This document shows positions 49,840 to 62,983 of a DNA stretch of 64,000 bases, piece by piece (position 1 is the first letter of the stretch; every line of letters begins with the position of its first letter). Made by a program: the position numbers and the translations under genes. This DNA is from Gnetum montanum. Taxonomy: Eukaryota > Plantae > Gnetophyta. The stretch is from positions 78,251 through 142,250 of the forward strand of contig MNCI01000775.1 of NCBI GenBank assembly GCA_015680685.1, written 5' to 3'. The notes under the pieces are model-generated. The model was given only the letters and a program-made list of their open reading frames with translations. It was not told the DNA's origin and made no database searches.

Positions 49840-52800
49840 ATATCTAGAACCATTTTTTGAGTGACAGGTGGAGGTGGTGGTCACTACTTCTCTTCTTGAA
49901 TTATGGTTATAAGCATATTGTCCTTCATTATTTTTTCCTAGTTGGTGACTAGAATAGTTTTGATAGTATCATTGATGTAATAGAATATCCCCACCCTTTG
50001 AAAAAGTTTCTTGATGAGACATATAAAGGAGAGTTCCTTTCTTCTATGTTCTTTTTATTTAAATTACTTCTCCGTCTCTAGGTAGATCACCTACAGAATG
50101 TTGACTAGGAATCTTGCACTCAAAGTGGTGCATTTTTAGGTAGAGAAGGTGGTAATTTTTTTGGACTCATTGTGGGATTGAGGTAAAAGGCTACAATCTT
50201 GTAATAAATCCTCTTTGCCAATGTCAGCATGCTAAACTCCTTATGGTTGATCCCATAGCATTGTTGCACACATTCTTTCTTGATACTAGGAATTTCTTGC
50301 ATTGGGATCTTAGTGAGGTTCATCCATGTTTCAAGCAACCCAAGAACTACAACAATGGCCTATGCTGAGTAGGACACTAAGATGTCCTTGACTTTTACTA
50401 TTGATTTCAGCTACTTCTTATTCCAAAATAGAAATGTCTCTTCCATGTACCATTCCTCGATGAAAGTGATGATTGGCCACATGGAAGAGGCCTTTATCTA
50501 GTCCTACACTTTTCTTAGTGCATGCTATAGGAAAGGATCAAATCTTAACTCCTAGAGCACTAATTTTTGGACCTCCCTCAATTTGATCTTATTTAGGCAA
50601 GCCCCTATTAAGATCACCTTGAGATTTGCTAGTTGTGTTGGTGAATCATTTGCATAATAGTGTTCTATTACTACTATTGTTGGTTCTTGGATCTATCTGA
50701 TAGATTGCACTTCTACCTCTTCTCTGAGAGGACCTATGGTGTGGGTTGCCAATAGTTCTTCTTGGGATTGTTCCTCACCTCTTTCCATTCTAGGCCATTT
50801 TTCTCTTCATTGGAATGGTCTTGTTTTCTACATATACTTTCCTTTTGGTGCTATTTGTGATCAAAACACATCCATGGATTAGTAGATATAATGTGTAACT
50901 TTAAATTGTTGCATACATTATCTTGTTAGTTAGTTACACTTTGGCTAAGGTTGGACCATAGTAGATTGATTATTTTATTAATTATTTATTATAATTATCA
51001 CCAGAGCTTGTTGGAAAGGTTTTAACTCTTGCAACTTGGTGTTTAATAATTGAATTTTTCATTAAACCTTTGTGGGAGTTAGAAAAATTGCAAAAAAAAA
51101 TATTCTATCAAAAATGGTACATTTGTGGTCCACACAACTAAGAGCTTACCTTCAATAGCTATAGGGTTGAAGAATGAAGTGATTTGGATAAGTGGTATGT
51201 GAGTTATGGGCTTTGGAAGGCTTTAGGCTCTGAAAAATTGAAAAACTCCTTTTGCATTTATGAGAAAATGTAAAATTTTTCACGTGGGGTCATGACTATT
51301 TATAGTATTTTTTTCTTATGTGGATGAGGCCCCATATATGGGGCCTTTTATATAGATCCACTCCATCGACAGGGCCTCATATACAGGGCTCATCAGCAAA
51401 ATTTTCAAATGTTAATATCTCAAAAAATATAAGGAATTTTTCAATGAAATTAGAGTCCATGGAATCCTAGAAAAGGTAAGAATATGATAAATACATTAAC
51501 GAGGGTCTTGAAATTAACAAAATATGCAACGAAGCACATGGTTTGGTGTAGAATATGGATGTACAAAAGATTTGGATTGCAAAAATGCCTAGGGATAAGG
51601 TACTTAATGAACCCAACCAAGTGATATAAAAGTGAATCCTTCCCATAGTAGGAGCATGCCTTGTTTTCCATTGCATAACCTCAATCTAAGGAGTCTTTGG
51701 ACCCTAGAGGTGATTAATGGTTAATGAAAGCTATGAATCAAAACCCAAGAGGTTCTACCTAAGAATTCAAATACATTAAACCAAGATATGGAATCAAGAA
51801 CATGGACACCAGTAGTGAGGTAAGTTACAGTCAACATAGATGGATGATGGAGAAGGTGGAATGGAATTCCAAAATAAGGTCATAAGAAGTCCCTTATAGA
51901 ATTTGTGCTTAAATTGACCTAAGAAGATCCATCCTTAGTCTAGACCAAAATCAACCTCTTTTAGTGACTTTGCATTACCACTCTAAGACTAATCCACATC
52001 CTCAAGACACAAGAGTGCTGCCACAAAACAACCATCATTCCATAAAGACAAGAAAAATAAAATAGAAAGTGAGAGAGGGCCTTAGTTAGAGGGGACATTT
52101 AGGCATGGGTAAAATTTCTTTCTAGTCCCATAACAAATTCTTGTAGCTAATTTATTTGTATAAGTGGTGTGCTTTAAATTCATATTATGTTTTTTTTTAT
52201 TTTTTTTCTTTATTTCTTCTCTTTTCTTTTCTTCTTTTTGGATAGGAACCACACCATGCAATGACCTTGTTTGACTTCTTGTAATGGGTGGCATGGAATG
52301 ATGAGTACTCATGAAAATAATCAAGCACTCAAGTAAGTAAAATGTTGTGGAGAGATGCATTGCTAAACATAGTACCTGTATGAATCTGGTTGCTTGTAAA
52401 GGTACTATTATCTTAGCGATGGCATTTCCCATGAATATGGTTGATGCCACTATTGGTATTTTTCATATTGTTGTGGTGGAGCTCCACTTGCATAATAAAC
52501 TTGTTGTTGCTAGTGGAATTGCCTTGGATTTCCTTAAGGATAATTTAATTATTTGGATGCTTACCTCCTTTCTAGTTATGGATTCAATACATACATCCCA
52601 TACTCTTGTAAGTATGACATCATAGGGCAACATCCCTTTAAATGTTCATATTGATAAATTTCACAACCACCATCATCTTCAAAGTCTATCTCCACAACTT
52701 CTTCTATTGTAATAGCTTTGCCCTTAGCTCTTTGGTAGGCACGTTCAGCTTCTTTCTATCTCTTGTAGTCATGATCACTCTTTTTCTCTTTGTATGCTTA

Positions 52801-55240
52801 TGTAATTTTCATAACAATTTGGAACTTTTTATTCAAAGAGTCTCATAATTTATCAACCTTTGTTGAAATATCAAAAATAGATTTTTGGATGGATAATGTT
52901 TTCTTATTTACCACTTCATTGAGTTGTGACTCCTCCTCATCATAGAATCGAACTTCCCTTTTTCTTATAGAAGGATCCCTATTATATTCTTCAACACCTT
53001 CCCTTTTTTGCAACTCACATTTTTCTTTTTCTACCTACTCTATTAGCTTTTATATTTTATGAGATCTTAGTTTGAACAATCTTCTTTGGGAATAAACACC
53101 AAGATTTCTTCTAGTTTCTGCTCTGAGCCCATCTACAATGTGGCAAAGTTGTTCACTTTGAGAATAATTATGGCTAGGGCATCAATATAAGAGAGAATAA
53201 TATATGTCCATGGTAGCATCCAAGGGTTTGTGTGTTCCCTATTTCTAGCCTTGAATTTTCCTTCCTAGATTGGACACTATAGAGTGCATCTAGTATTTTC
53301 CATTAAATAATTCCAACATGGTACTTCATCTAAGAATAGATTTTGGTTCTAAGGACTAGTACCAGCTTTTAGCTTTCTTGATAAATATCCTGGGGAATAG
53401 CTTGAGTGTTTGCTAGTCATTTTCAATGTTATGTAAAGCACAGGCATAGTGGAAACCTTTTAGATGTGTCTGCAAATCCAAGGAATATCCCTCTCAAATC
53501 TTAGGACATTATTCATATCTAAGCACTTGATCCGACTATCTTTCACATGCCTAGTTGGAATCTTTACCACCTCTAAAATATTAAGCATGCTTTGTGTCAC
53601 TAATAAAGGCTTATCATCATCGTTATGATTTAGTTGTTGCTAATGATATTCTTTCTTTCCCCTTTGTTCATTGCGATCTTGTTGGTCATCTCCATCATGG
53701 TTGTTCTTTCTATGATGTCCTTTAAAACCAAAATAAGAGGAAGAAGAGGATGCATATGAAGAGGACAAAGAGGGAGGAGGATTTCCTCCATCATGATTTT
53801 TACCAATTCCCCTTCTATTTTCATGGCCATGTTCACTAGATTTATTATTCTCTTGATGCTTTCTTGATCCCTTGCCTTGGCTACCATCTTTTCCTAAATC
53901 CAAATTATGGATTGTCAACTACAAATTCAAGGCAACATCCTCATCATCAATATCAAATGGTGGATAATTTTCATGTTTAGAGATCTCAAAGAGAGGGTCC
54001 AAAATTTCATCTTAGTTTAGTAGGAATAAGGAATCAGTAAATTATTTCACCTTCATGACCTCATGATGCTTCTTCTAGCGTCAATCTTCCCTATGTTGTG
54101 TTTTAGTGGGACGGTAGTCCTAGTAGTCGTAGTCTTACACAACATACTCTTCTTGAAGATCATGGATGCCTAACTTCTTAATATTTTGAAGCAACATCAT
54201 GAAAAAAAATTGATTGGGAGGCATTACAATGTTTCCTTACATGTCATGCCATCACAATTTCTCATCCTAATGTGGGATGAAGGTGAAGTTAGTTATATAC
54301 TCATCTAGATGAGTATATACCACTTTGCACTCTTTTGGGACCAATAGTTTAACATCTTCATGCCTATGGGAAGAAAACATCTTGGAAATAATTAAAGTAT
54401 TAGTGTGCTTTTGTAATTATGAAATATGTGAATGATGTTGAGTTTGATGTTCATCCAATGATATTAGGAATATCCATTAAACTTAGATAGTGTATGTTTC
54501 AACAACAGTGTCCTTGGAAATGGTGCCAATGATGAGTAGTTGAGGTACCCCTACATACAACTATATGAATCACAAAGCGCTCTCTAGTTTCTAGTGCACT
54601 AGTCTTCTAGAAAATGAATCTTACCCTAGGTCATTCGTTGTCTTTTCAATTACACTTATGAAGTACAAAGGTATGGTTAAGTGTAATCAAGGCATACAAT
54701 TGTTATCATTTTATGTTTTATGGTTTTGATTCTTAAAGAGGGAAATGAAGTAGTTTCATGACTAATTTATCTCACTTAATTTCTTAATTAGCTTAATTAC
54801 TAGAAAATATTAAATAAATAACTAAAAGTATTAAATGCATGAATGAAATATCTAAACTATTTAGAATGCTACAAGGTTTATTAAGAAGCTCATCTTTATT
54901 TTCATGCACACTATTATGATTAGGTACAATAGTGCTTGAATAAAGATCTGTACACTTAATGACTCCTACTATAGTCACCTAGAGAAATATTCTAACTTTC
55001 AAATGTAAAAACTACAATAGTTTGGCTACCACTATCACTTGAATCCCCCTAAATACTACTAGGGGCTTGTATTTATATTTTTTGCTATAGTACTACATTA
55101 ATAGGGCCTCATAGACATAACAAACACTATTTCAACATGGCCCCATCAATGGGGAAGTACCATGTAAATGGGACGCCATCGACTAGAATCCATCAACAAG
55201 GCCATGTCAATAGGGGCCCATCAACAAGACACATTAATGC
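49840..55240 (-). mobile_element. Internally deleted Athila-like element: partial LTR (54530-55240), PBS (54511-54528), gag (~52345-54240), post-pol region and extra ORF (~49840-50855); no pol
   Basis: PBS TGGCACCATTTCCAAGGA; gag LFPRIFIKKAKSWYxSLEPKSI; gag joins the post-integrase region directly near 52340. Confidence 0.82.
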
Positions 55241-55244
55241 TCAT

Positions 55245-56960
55245 CAACAAGCAAGGAAGAGGAGCAATAACCACCACCTCAACTGTCCATTCATGAAACA
55301 ACATTGAAGTCCTTCATTATCCTTAAATAAATGTATGAGATTCGAGAGTAGCTCTTACATGAGTTGGAGAAAAAAGTAGGAATGAGTTCTAATGATCCAT
55401 CTATGTACTACCCAACAATGAGTCACCTCAATAAAGTGGCTTGAACCATTAGCTAGATGGAGGGATGTGGGTCATTTTTCTTAACCTAAAGAATGTAGCT
55501 ATCCATGAGATAAAATTCTAATGTTTGAGAGATAAAAGCCTCTCTCTCACAATAGTAAAAATTCCCAGAAATCTCTAAGAATGCTACTACTTTCTTGGTG
55601 CATCTAGAGGAGGGTAAGGGGGAAACTATCCTGGTGATGTAGCACCATGGATAGGAGATAGAAACAAACATGATTTCTTATAGAATTATAGAGGCATTCA
55701 ATACATCTATGGAATTTTTATCAAACCTTTTTATACTCAGAGATGTATAAATGTCCACAAGAATAGTTAGCATCAAATTGAGTGCAACCTAGGATAAGGA
55801 GGTGCTACATCAATTGGTGGGTATCAGGCAATCAATTTTGAATATCTTTGACCTTCCTAATACAATCATTGCAACCTATTTTGAGTTTCTAGAAGCAAGG
55901 AAAAATGTATTATTATGGAGGGGAAACTCAAAATAGCCTAAGCACAAAACCAATGCTTGGCAGTGTAGGTTGTTGAACTAAGAGCCTCCCTTGCTAATCT
56001 TGCATTTCTCAACCCTTCATTAACATAAGATGAAGCTTTTAAATAGCTTTAAGACAAGATCAAAAGGGTTGAAAATGAAAAGGATACAATGATATTTGAT
56101 AATTCTTTGGCCAATGCCACCATGCATAATATTTAAAAGGCATTAGACCAAACATGGTAGGAAAATGTAACTTTGACAATAAAAAATAATCACCTATGAA
56201 ATGTTGATGTGTAGAAGCAACAACTGTAAGATTTCATCCATTAATAGTAGGAGCAGCTAGCTAGATTGAATAATGAACTAAGAAGATTGATAGCTAAAAA
56301 CAAAAATATCTCCATTGAAGAAGTCCAAGCTCTTCACCAGAAATATGCAATAGAGGTAGCCATTTGGAAAAATGAGGCTCTTAAGTTTGAGAGAGTAAAA
56401 AATCACCACAATGATCAAGTTAATCTATGAAAAAAGATTAATAAAAAAACATATTTATATTATGAATGAAAAAGTTCATATGATCCTCTAACAACTCAAG
56501 GAAGGAGGTGATGTCTGACAACATATCATTGATGGACTTAATGGCTACAACAAACTAGAGATCTACATGAAGGAGCTATATATCAAGAAGATGATGGAGT
56601 ACATGGAGCTTTCCAATCATTGTTATGAAAATCTAACAATGTTGAATTCTAGATAGTCATAATTTGAATTGAAGAAATAGGTGGCTAATTCATACTTGTA
56701 TGAAGCTAAGTTTAAGCATCACAAAGACATTAAGCAAAATCTTGAGGTGGAAATTGCAGAACCTGATGTTCTCATGTAGTACTTGACTAATCAATGGTCT
56801 ATAGATAAGAACCTTGATAAGAGAATGAGTGACTACTAGGATCTATAGAATGAAGTAAAGGCATTTGATGTTGAATGAAAAATTTTTGCTACCTAGTTTC
56901 TCAATGTAAAAAAGCTATTCGTAGCAATGCCTTATCCTTGGGATGTTCCCACATCAACCT
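55245..56960 (+). pseudogene. Decayed long ORF with coiled-coil character, probably a retroelement accessory ORF; family not recognised
   Basis: Read-through of transition-type stops gives ...LLHELEKKVGMSSNDPSMYYPTMSHL... and ...EQLARLNNELRRLIAKNKNISIEEVQALHQKYAIEVAIWKNEALKFERVK... Confidence 0.5.
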
Positions 56961-56964
56961 ATAT

Positions 56965-57970
56965 TTACAATATGAAGGTACCCCTACACTCAACCATACG
57001 AATACAAGTGTGTACACACAATCTGGTGCAACTCCATGAATGGACTAGTTGTGGTACTTAGATAGTTATACGTTGATTACAGTTCACTATCTTTTCACTT
57101 GGACTAGTATTTGCTTGGTCACATATGGTTTAGTCCAGGGTGAGGTGTATGATATGGTTTCTATGACTATGATACTCCTAAGGATAATGAGAAGTAACTT
57201 AATTAAGCTAATAAGCAATAGGAAATTAAATCTAAGCTAGCCTAAGTGCACTGAGCATTCATCCTTAATCATCTATATGCATCTTAGACTTCATGTACTA
57301 CTTTTGGGCTTGCCAAGCACACATCACTCAAAAAACTACTTGATATGTTACTAGCTTACCATGTAGCTATACTTAAATGTTTTTGATTAAGATGTACTCA
57401 TTCCACTAACAATAGGAATAGTAAATGACTATTATAGAAATATTAACTAAGAAAACAACAATAAATAATTAATAATTAAACAATTAAAAACTAAATGAAT
57501 GCTACAATGATGGAGTAACCTCAATCTTTATTACTGATTATATGCATGTCCAAGTATGTCACACTTGAATAAAGGTTCCATACAATTACATGCATCACAC
57601 TGTGGGCATGTAGTTGTGAAAAGAATTGAAAACTAACAGAAAGACTCTAGAATCCTAATGACTAACTAATGCCCTTCTCCATGCACATAGGTGCTATATT
57701 TATAGGCTAAGACAAGAATCATGTATCGTGTATATGATATCATATCCAAGCTATGATATCGCATACTCAATATCATGTACTTGCTATCTGAGCCTAGCAA
57801 ACCATGATCCATCATACCCCCACGACTGAATAAAAACTTGTCCTTAAGTCAAACAAAATAAAGAACAAGTTCATTTGATTACATGGTGGATAGGTATGGG
57901 ATTATGGACTGACTATGGATTATTTCATGCCACAATGTAGGACTAGACAAAAAAAAATTGAGACATCAAC
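56965..57970 (-). repeat. LTR-like segment of a diverged Athila-related subfamily
   Basis: AGGTACCCCTAC..AACCATACGAAT matches the LTR ends at 11060 and 54543; ATCTTTATT...CTTGAATAAAG block matches 11620-11680; minus-strand CCTATAAATATAG near 57695; termini not resolved. Confidence 0.6.
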
Positions 57971-57989
57971 AAAAAATACAAAATACAAT

Positions 57990-58700
57990 GTGGGATTTGA
58001 TTGTAACCTGAAAACCCATCCATGAAGGATAACAATCCGTGATTAGTTGTTGTGTCGATAATTTGGTCAATACCCGATAATGGGAAATTGTCTTTAATCA
58101 TTGCCTTGATAAAATCACTGAAGTATATAAAAATGTGTATTCCTCCCATTTTCTTAGAAACAACAACAATGTTAAACACTCAATCCAAATAATCAACTGC
58201 GTCGATGAAACCATCTTGATATAGCTTAGTGATTCATCATGCACTACCAACATAATTTCAGGCTTAATCTTCTATGCTTTCTATCTAACCACTTTGATAC
58301 CTATGTCTAACATGATGTTGTGCTATATTAATCATGGGTCTAAACCCAGCATGTCTTCGTACGACCATGTGAACACCGCAACATTATCTTGGAGCACCCG
58401 AGATATTTCCCTTTATGTTTTTTGGTCAAGGAGAGAACTGACCTTCAAGGTTTTTCTTTCTCCCTTGCGCATAACCACAAAGACCTCAATAAGGGAATCC
58501 TTGGTCACATCACCAGCCTCCAAATCTAGGGTCTGGGCCAAATGTTCTGGCCAATCTGGGAATACTTCCAAGGCTACTAGGGTTATGGTGGAGAGGGCAT
58601 CGGTTCCTATCATTGGAAGATTAGTCTGTCTAAGAATTTTCCCATATGGACCTGTTAGGGCTAAGGGTGCAAGTAAGGCTTCAACCATTTACACACTGAC
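57990..58700 (-). pseudogene. pol: N-terminal RT fragment of Tat element F
   Basis: NIVVVSKKMGGIHIFIYFSDFIKAMIKDNFPLSGIDQIIDTT...FMDGFSGYNQI; colinear with 23590-24290. Confidence 0.9.
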
Positions 58701-59195
58701 CTGCAAAATCGCCAAGAACAAAAGTTGTTACATTGTTTTTTTCAACATGGTGAAATGATAGAAGGATTTAGAGGTATGTGTCAAATAGGTTTCCAATTTA
58801 AGGTCTTAGCGGACCATTACCATATATACATTTTATACAGCAAGCTAGGCTTCCTAGGTGTTAGCGTAAGGTTTTCATTTTTTTTTGTCTATTGCAGACC
58901 ATAGTTAATGTAACCGGATTACGAGATGAGAGGCTATACATTAGTTTACGACCATCATTAATGCGATATCTACGAGATTAATTGTGTGATCTTCATGCTT
59001 CATGTCAAACTGACATACTTGCATTCCAGGAAAATTTTGTGTTGATCGGACATGAAAATAGCAAGTTTTCACCATTACATTTATAAGTAGGTGGTTCTTC
59101 TTCAAAGTAAGCTGTAAACATAGTGATATTGAATTGGGCAAAAGCACAAAGAAAGCGTAAGTAGATGATTTTGTGAAGATTATTTAGATGTAGCC

Positions 59196-61794
59196 ATGGC
59201 ACCAAAGACTAAAGGCAAACATGCCAAATTGGTAAGAATCAATGAAGTACAGGAAAGCTTGGGACGAATTTTGAAGGAATGAGTTGAAACTCAGGAGGCT
59301 ACTCCACTTGTCCAGTAAGTCGTTCCTTACTTTCCTTGTAGGGTTACTTTCACTGTTATGGTATCGTAATTTGTATTTGTTTCAAAGATGTGCACTATGT
59401 TGGGTATCAATATCTGCCTGTGCTAATTACAATTCTGGAGTTTGTAATATTACTCCTGTCGCCATTGTTAGAGACAGACCTTGCGTCGTTTCAAGGATTT
59501 GGGCGATCTTGAGTAATATTGTCCAGACACAATACATAATTGATCAGGTGTCTAGGTATTGTACTCTTATGTAGTGAAAATGGGGTTTTGTTACCTTTCC
59601 CGTAATAGTTGCATGTTATGCTAGGGTAATATGTGGTGTTACGTTTATCACGATTGTCAAAGACAGACCTTGCACCATTGCAAGGGTTTGGGCGGTTTTG
59701 GTAATGCATTTCTAGTGTAACATGCAATTTTCTTGGAGTCAAGGTAACAAAAATCTCAATGTTGCATAATGGATTCTTATGAGCCTTTTTTGATTTGTTT
59801 GGTTCTAACATTGTTAGTATGTCTAAACTATTTTTCTAATGGTAGTTTGCTTTATTGTAAAGGATTACACTAAAGCCTGTCCTGATCATCATGGACATTG
59901 TGGGCATTCTGTGTTGTTTACATGTTCCCGTGGCCAATGTTCCTCCTCTCCATGCTCATGTAGGGGAAGAGGTGATTTGGTTCCAGCAAGGCACACGAGA
60001 TTTTTTGCAATTTATGTTGCCTAACTTTAGCGTGATTATTTGGTCACATCTGCTAGCCGAAACGGCCAACATTATCATGGAAACACTAATATTCAAATCA
60101 TCACAGAGTATTTTAACATTCCTGGTGGATGGGTCAGTTGAGGTCACAGGTGGTAGGGATCGTGAATAGAGCACCAACGGTTTGAGGCACTTATCTTGGA
60201 TCTGGGAGATGCCCAAGTTTGATTGTTATCACACTACAACACGTTGTTCGTGGCTCGTCATCTCACGATCTATTTTCAGAATCCACCTGGCCTCATGTAC
60301 TATGATGGCGAGTAAGTGTTTTCAAGGTGTTATGATGCTCTAATTGTTGTCTATTTTTGTGTTTTATGTTAGGTATAAGAAATTTTCTATAATCCATGGA
60401 ATAGGTTTTTTATCAATGCAGATAGTCTCCAAGGTGATACAGACATGTTATCTATGGCCGAAATAGCCATAAAGCAATTCACTTCCATCGGCAATGTATG
60501 CGTTGGTGTCCTAGGACAACTGGGATTTCAAATCCAACACTATCCTATCCAGTACATCAAATTATTTTCCAAGTGTAGGAACTCCAAATGGCTAGATAAG
60601 AAGTGGACTTTGGATTGTCCCATCACCATTGACGACATGTAGGAGAACATTCCACCATTTTCCTTGCCCTTCAGACATGGTAAGTTACACTATGGTGATC
60701 AACTGTGTGACCCTACGAAGTGAGAAAAGAGCATAAGATTTTATTATTTTGTTGTTTTTTCTAACCTATTGTTCTATGTTCATAGTTAGGGAATCACAGG
60801 AGGTCACGGTGATAGCTTCTGGGTGTGAGGTGGCCAGTCTCTTTTTCCGTTATGGTGACATAAAGGAATCGCAATGTTGGCTTTGCCACAGAGCGGCCCC
60901 AACTACCATAACCAATAACCTCCAGGAAGCTAGACTGATGGAACTATTAATAGCTGTAACCCTCGATGTCATACTAGCTAAAATGTTAGCCCTAGTCAAC
61001 TCCTTCGACGAAGAAGACGAGTGTCTTCACACGCGCATGCGTAATGTGCATGTGAGTTTCGATTTTAACGCTTGACTGTTCACCAAATTTTTTGGCATTC
61101 CTTCTAATGGTCTTCTAGTGGAGGAAAGGTCATAGATAGGTTCTAAGAATTATAAGGACATAGAGGAGTCTCTAGGGATTAAAAAAGAATTGAAAGGAAT
61201 CCTCGTCGATAAAATCAAGCTAGAGGTGGCTAATACGATTTATCCCCTCTTCCAAGCTTGCGCTTTTCCCAAGCTACTCTCCTAGGGAAGGATACTTGGC
61301 ATAGAGTAGGCTTGGATCATGTGGGACATTATGGAGGAGGGGACATGGTATAATTGGACCAATTACCTTGCTAAAGGCCCACAGGCTAAAATGGTCAAGC
61401 TTCGCAAGAAGCTTGAATCTCATTTCAACATGCATCTTGCCTTTTTTATAGCTTACTTTTGAAATTTTTCTAAATTTCTGGTGGTTCGCAAGGATGGAGT
61501 TTGGGTGTAGCAAGATCATAACCAAATTTCCAAATCATATATTTCCTAGGTCTTTCGCATCGTCCAATCCCAAGATCCTCCTGTAGGAATCGAGGAGTCA
61601 CTTTCAATAACTACGAAGAATCAGGTGGCGCCTCCAATGCGAGGCCAAGACAGCGTGGGTGGGGCACCCCCTTCTTACAATGGTAGTGCATCAAGGGAAA
61701 AACACCTAGCAGTAGAAATAGTAGCTTCATCAGTGCAGCAAAAAACCCATCATCTAGCTATAGAGTCTCCTGGCCCGACTAGTGAAGAGGGGAG
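59196..61794 (+). pseudogene. Multi-exon antisense cargo gene, copy 2 (exons 1-4, truncated by an LTR insertion)
   Basis: Exons 59196-59314, 59863-60311, 60405-60679, 60786-61794; donors GTAAGT x3; KPVLIIMDIVGIL...WFQQGTRDFLQFMLPNFSVIIWSH...RHLSWIW...NTLFVARH...QNPP. Confidence 0.82.
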
Positions 61795-61935
61795 TGTACT
61801 GTCCTAAATCGTCGGTGTAAGGCTAGAAGGGAAACAAACACCAAGAGATCATTGGGAAGCCACAGTTGACCCTACCTTCACCCGAGGGAAAGCTGGAAAA
61901 GTAAACAAAGGTAGAGTGCCTTGGATTGCTCTTAC
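61795..61935 (-). repeat. Terminal fragment of an LTR from the same family as solo LTR 27537-29675, in opposite orientation
   Basis: TGTACTGTCCTAAATCGTCGGTGTAAGGCTAGAAGGGAAACAAACAC... is the reverse-complement homolog of 29545-29675. Confidence 0.85.
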
Positions 61936-61948
61936 TGTTCTTGTTACC

Positions 61949-62950
61949 TGATAGAAATTTCTATTAAAATTTTGCCATAGCAAAGCTTGTGTTTAAAAGC
62001 CTCAAGAGCATTTTAGTAGTAAATTTTGTTATTGTGCAACGTGTGGGAACTGCTATTGGGATTGTTGTAAGAGAGCCTCTGTTTGTAGTCACGTCGTTGA
62101 ACAATTCAATAGTCGAGAGGGTTCAGAAAATTTTTGGTATTTTGATGCGACCAAAATAGCTTCTTTTTATCTTTAAAGTGAATTTCTGTGGTATTTCAAT
62201 CAGAAATTGTCAAGTCTTTTAAAGGTTCTATTTGAATGCAATCATTGACATCTATTATCTAGTCAAAATGGAGTCTCATACGTGGTAGTTTATGCAACAA
62301 TTTTTGATAGCATAGTAGGATTGTCTTGAAGAAATTGCTTGTTTGAGCCTTGGAAGTATGAATAATTCATAGATATTGAATTTGGAATAGCTTTATTGCG
62401 AAGTGTTTACTCGTGTCATTTTACCTTATTTAAATATTTGAGGTCTACAAAAATCTGCTTTCTTTTCTTTTCTGCTTATTTCCATTGAATCTTGCTCTAT
62501 TTCTAGTTTTCTTATGCAACTATCTCTTTCTCTGGGGAAAATTAGGAGTAGATTTGCAGAGTTGTGCTCAAATGTTTTTGCAAAATTTTATTTGTTACAA
62601 GTAGGTATTATAATGACCACGTAGACTAGGTAGTTGAACAAAATAGGAAACTTTCAACAACTCACAGTACTTGGCAAAGTTGGTTGAATCTCTTTAAAGT
62701 AAGTCATTTGTAGTTTACACAACGCAATCGTTACATTTCTCACAACCGCATGCCGCAACAGCACACACACATACTCACATTAACTACTGAATTTTTTTGG
62801 AGGTATCTAGGCCTTGGTGTTTCCAAAGACCAGCAGGCACCTAAATCTTGTTCGAGGACACTTGTTGATGGTCGCGTCCCAAAAGGTCGCCAACACTATG
62901 CACATGATAACCTCTTGGTCTTCCAGCCATCAACACTCTAGGATGCTATA
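61949..62950 (+). repeat. Probable 5' LTR of Tat element E (left boundary uncertain)
   Basis: Ends CAGCCATCAACACTCTAGGATGCTATA like other family LTR ends and is followed by a PBS; start at TGATAG is a guess. Confidence 0.5.
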
Positions 62951-62955
62951 CTTTT

Positions 62956-62983
62956 TGGTGCTAGAAGGAGGGCTTGAACCTCC
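62956..62983 (+). promoter_or_regulatory. Extended tRNA-Asn PBS of element E
   Basis: TGGTGCTAGAAGGAGGGCTTGAACCTCC, complementary to the last 28 nt of plant tRNA-Asn as recalled, with one transition. Confidence 0.8.

Noticed and set aside
62956-62983. tRNA gene or SINE
   Set aside because: Only the 3' 28 nt including CCA is present, directly after an LTR end, so it is a PBS
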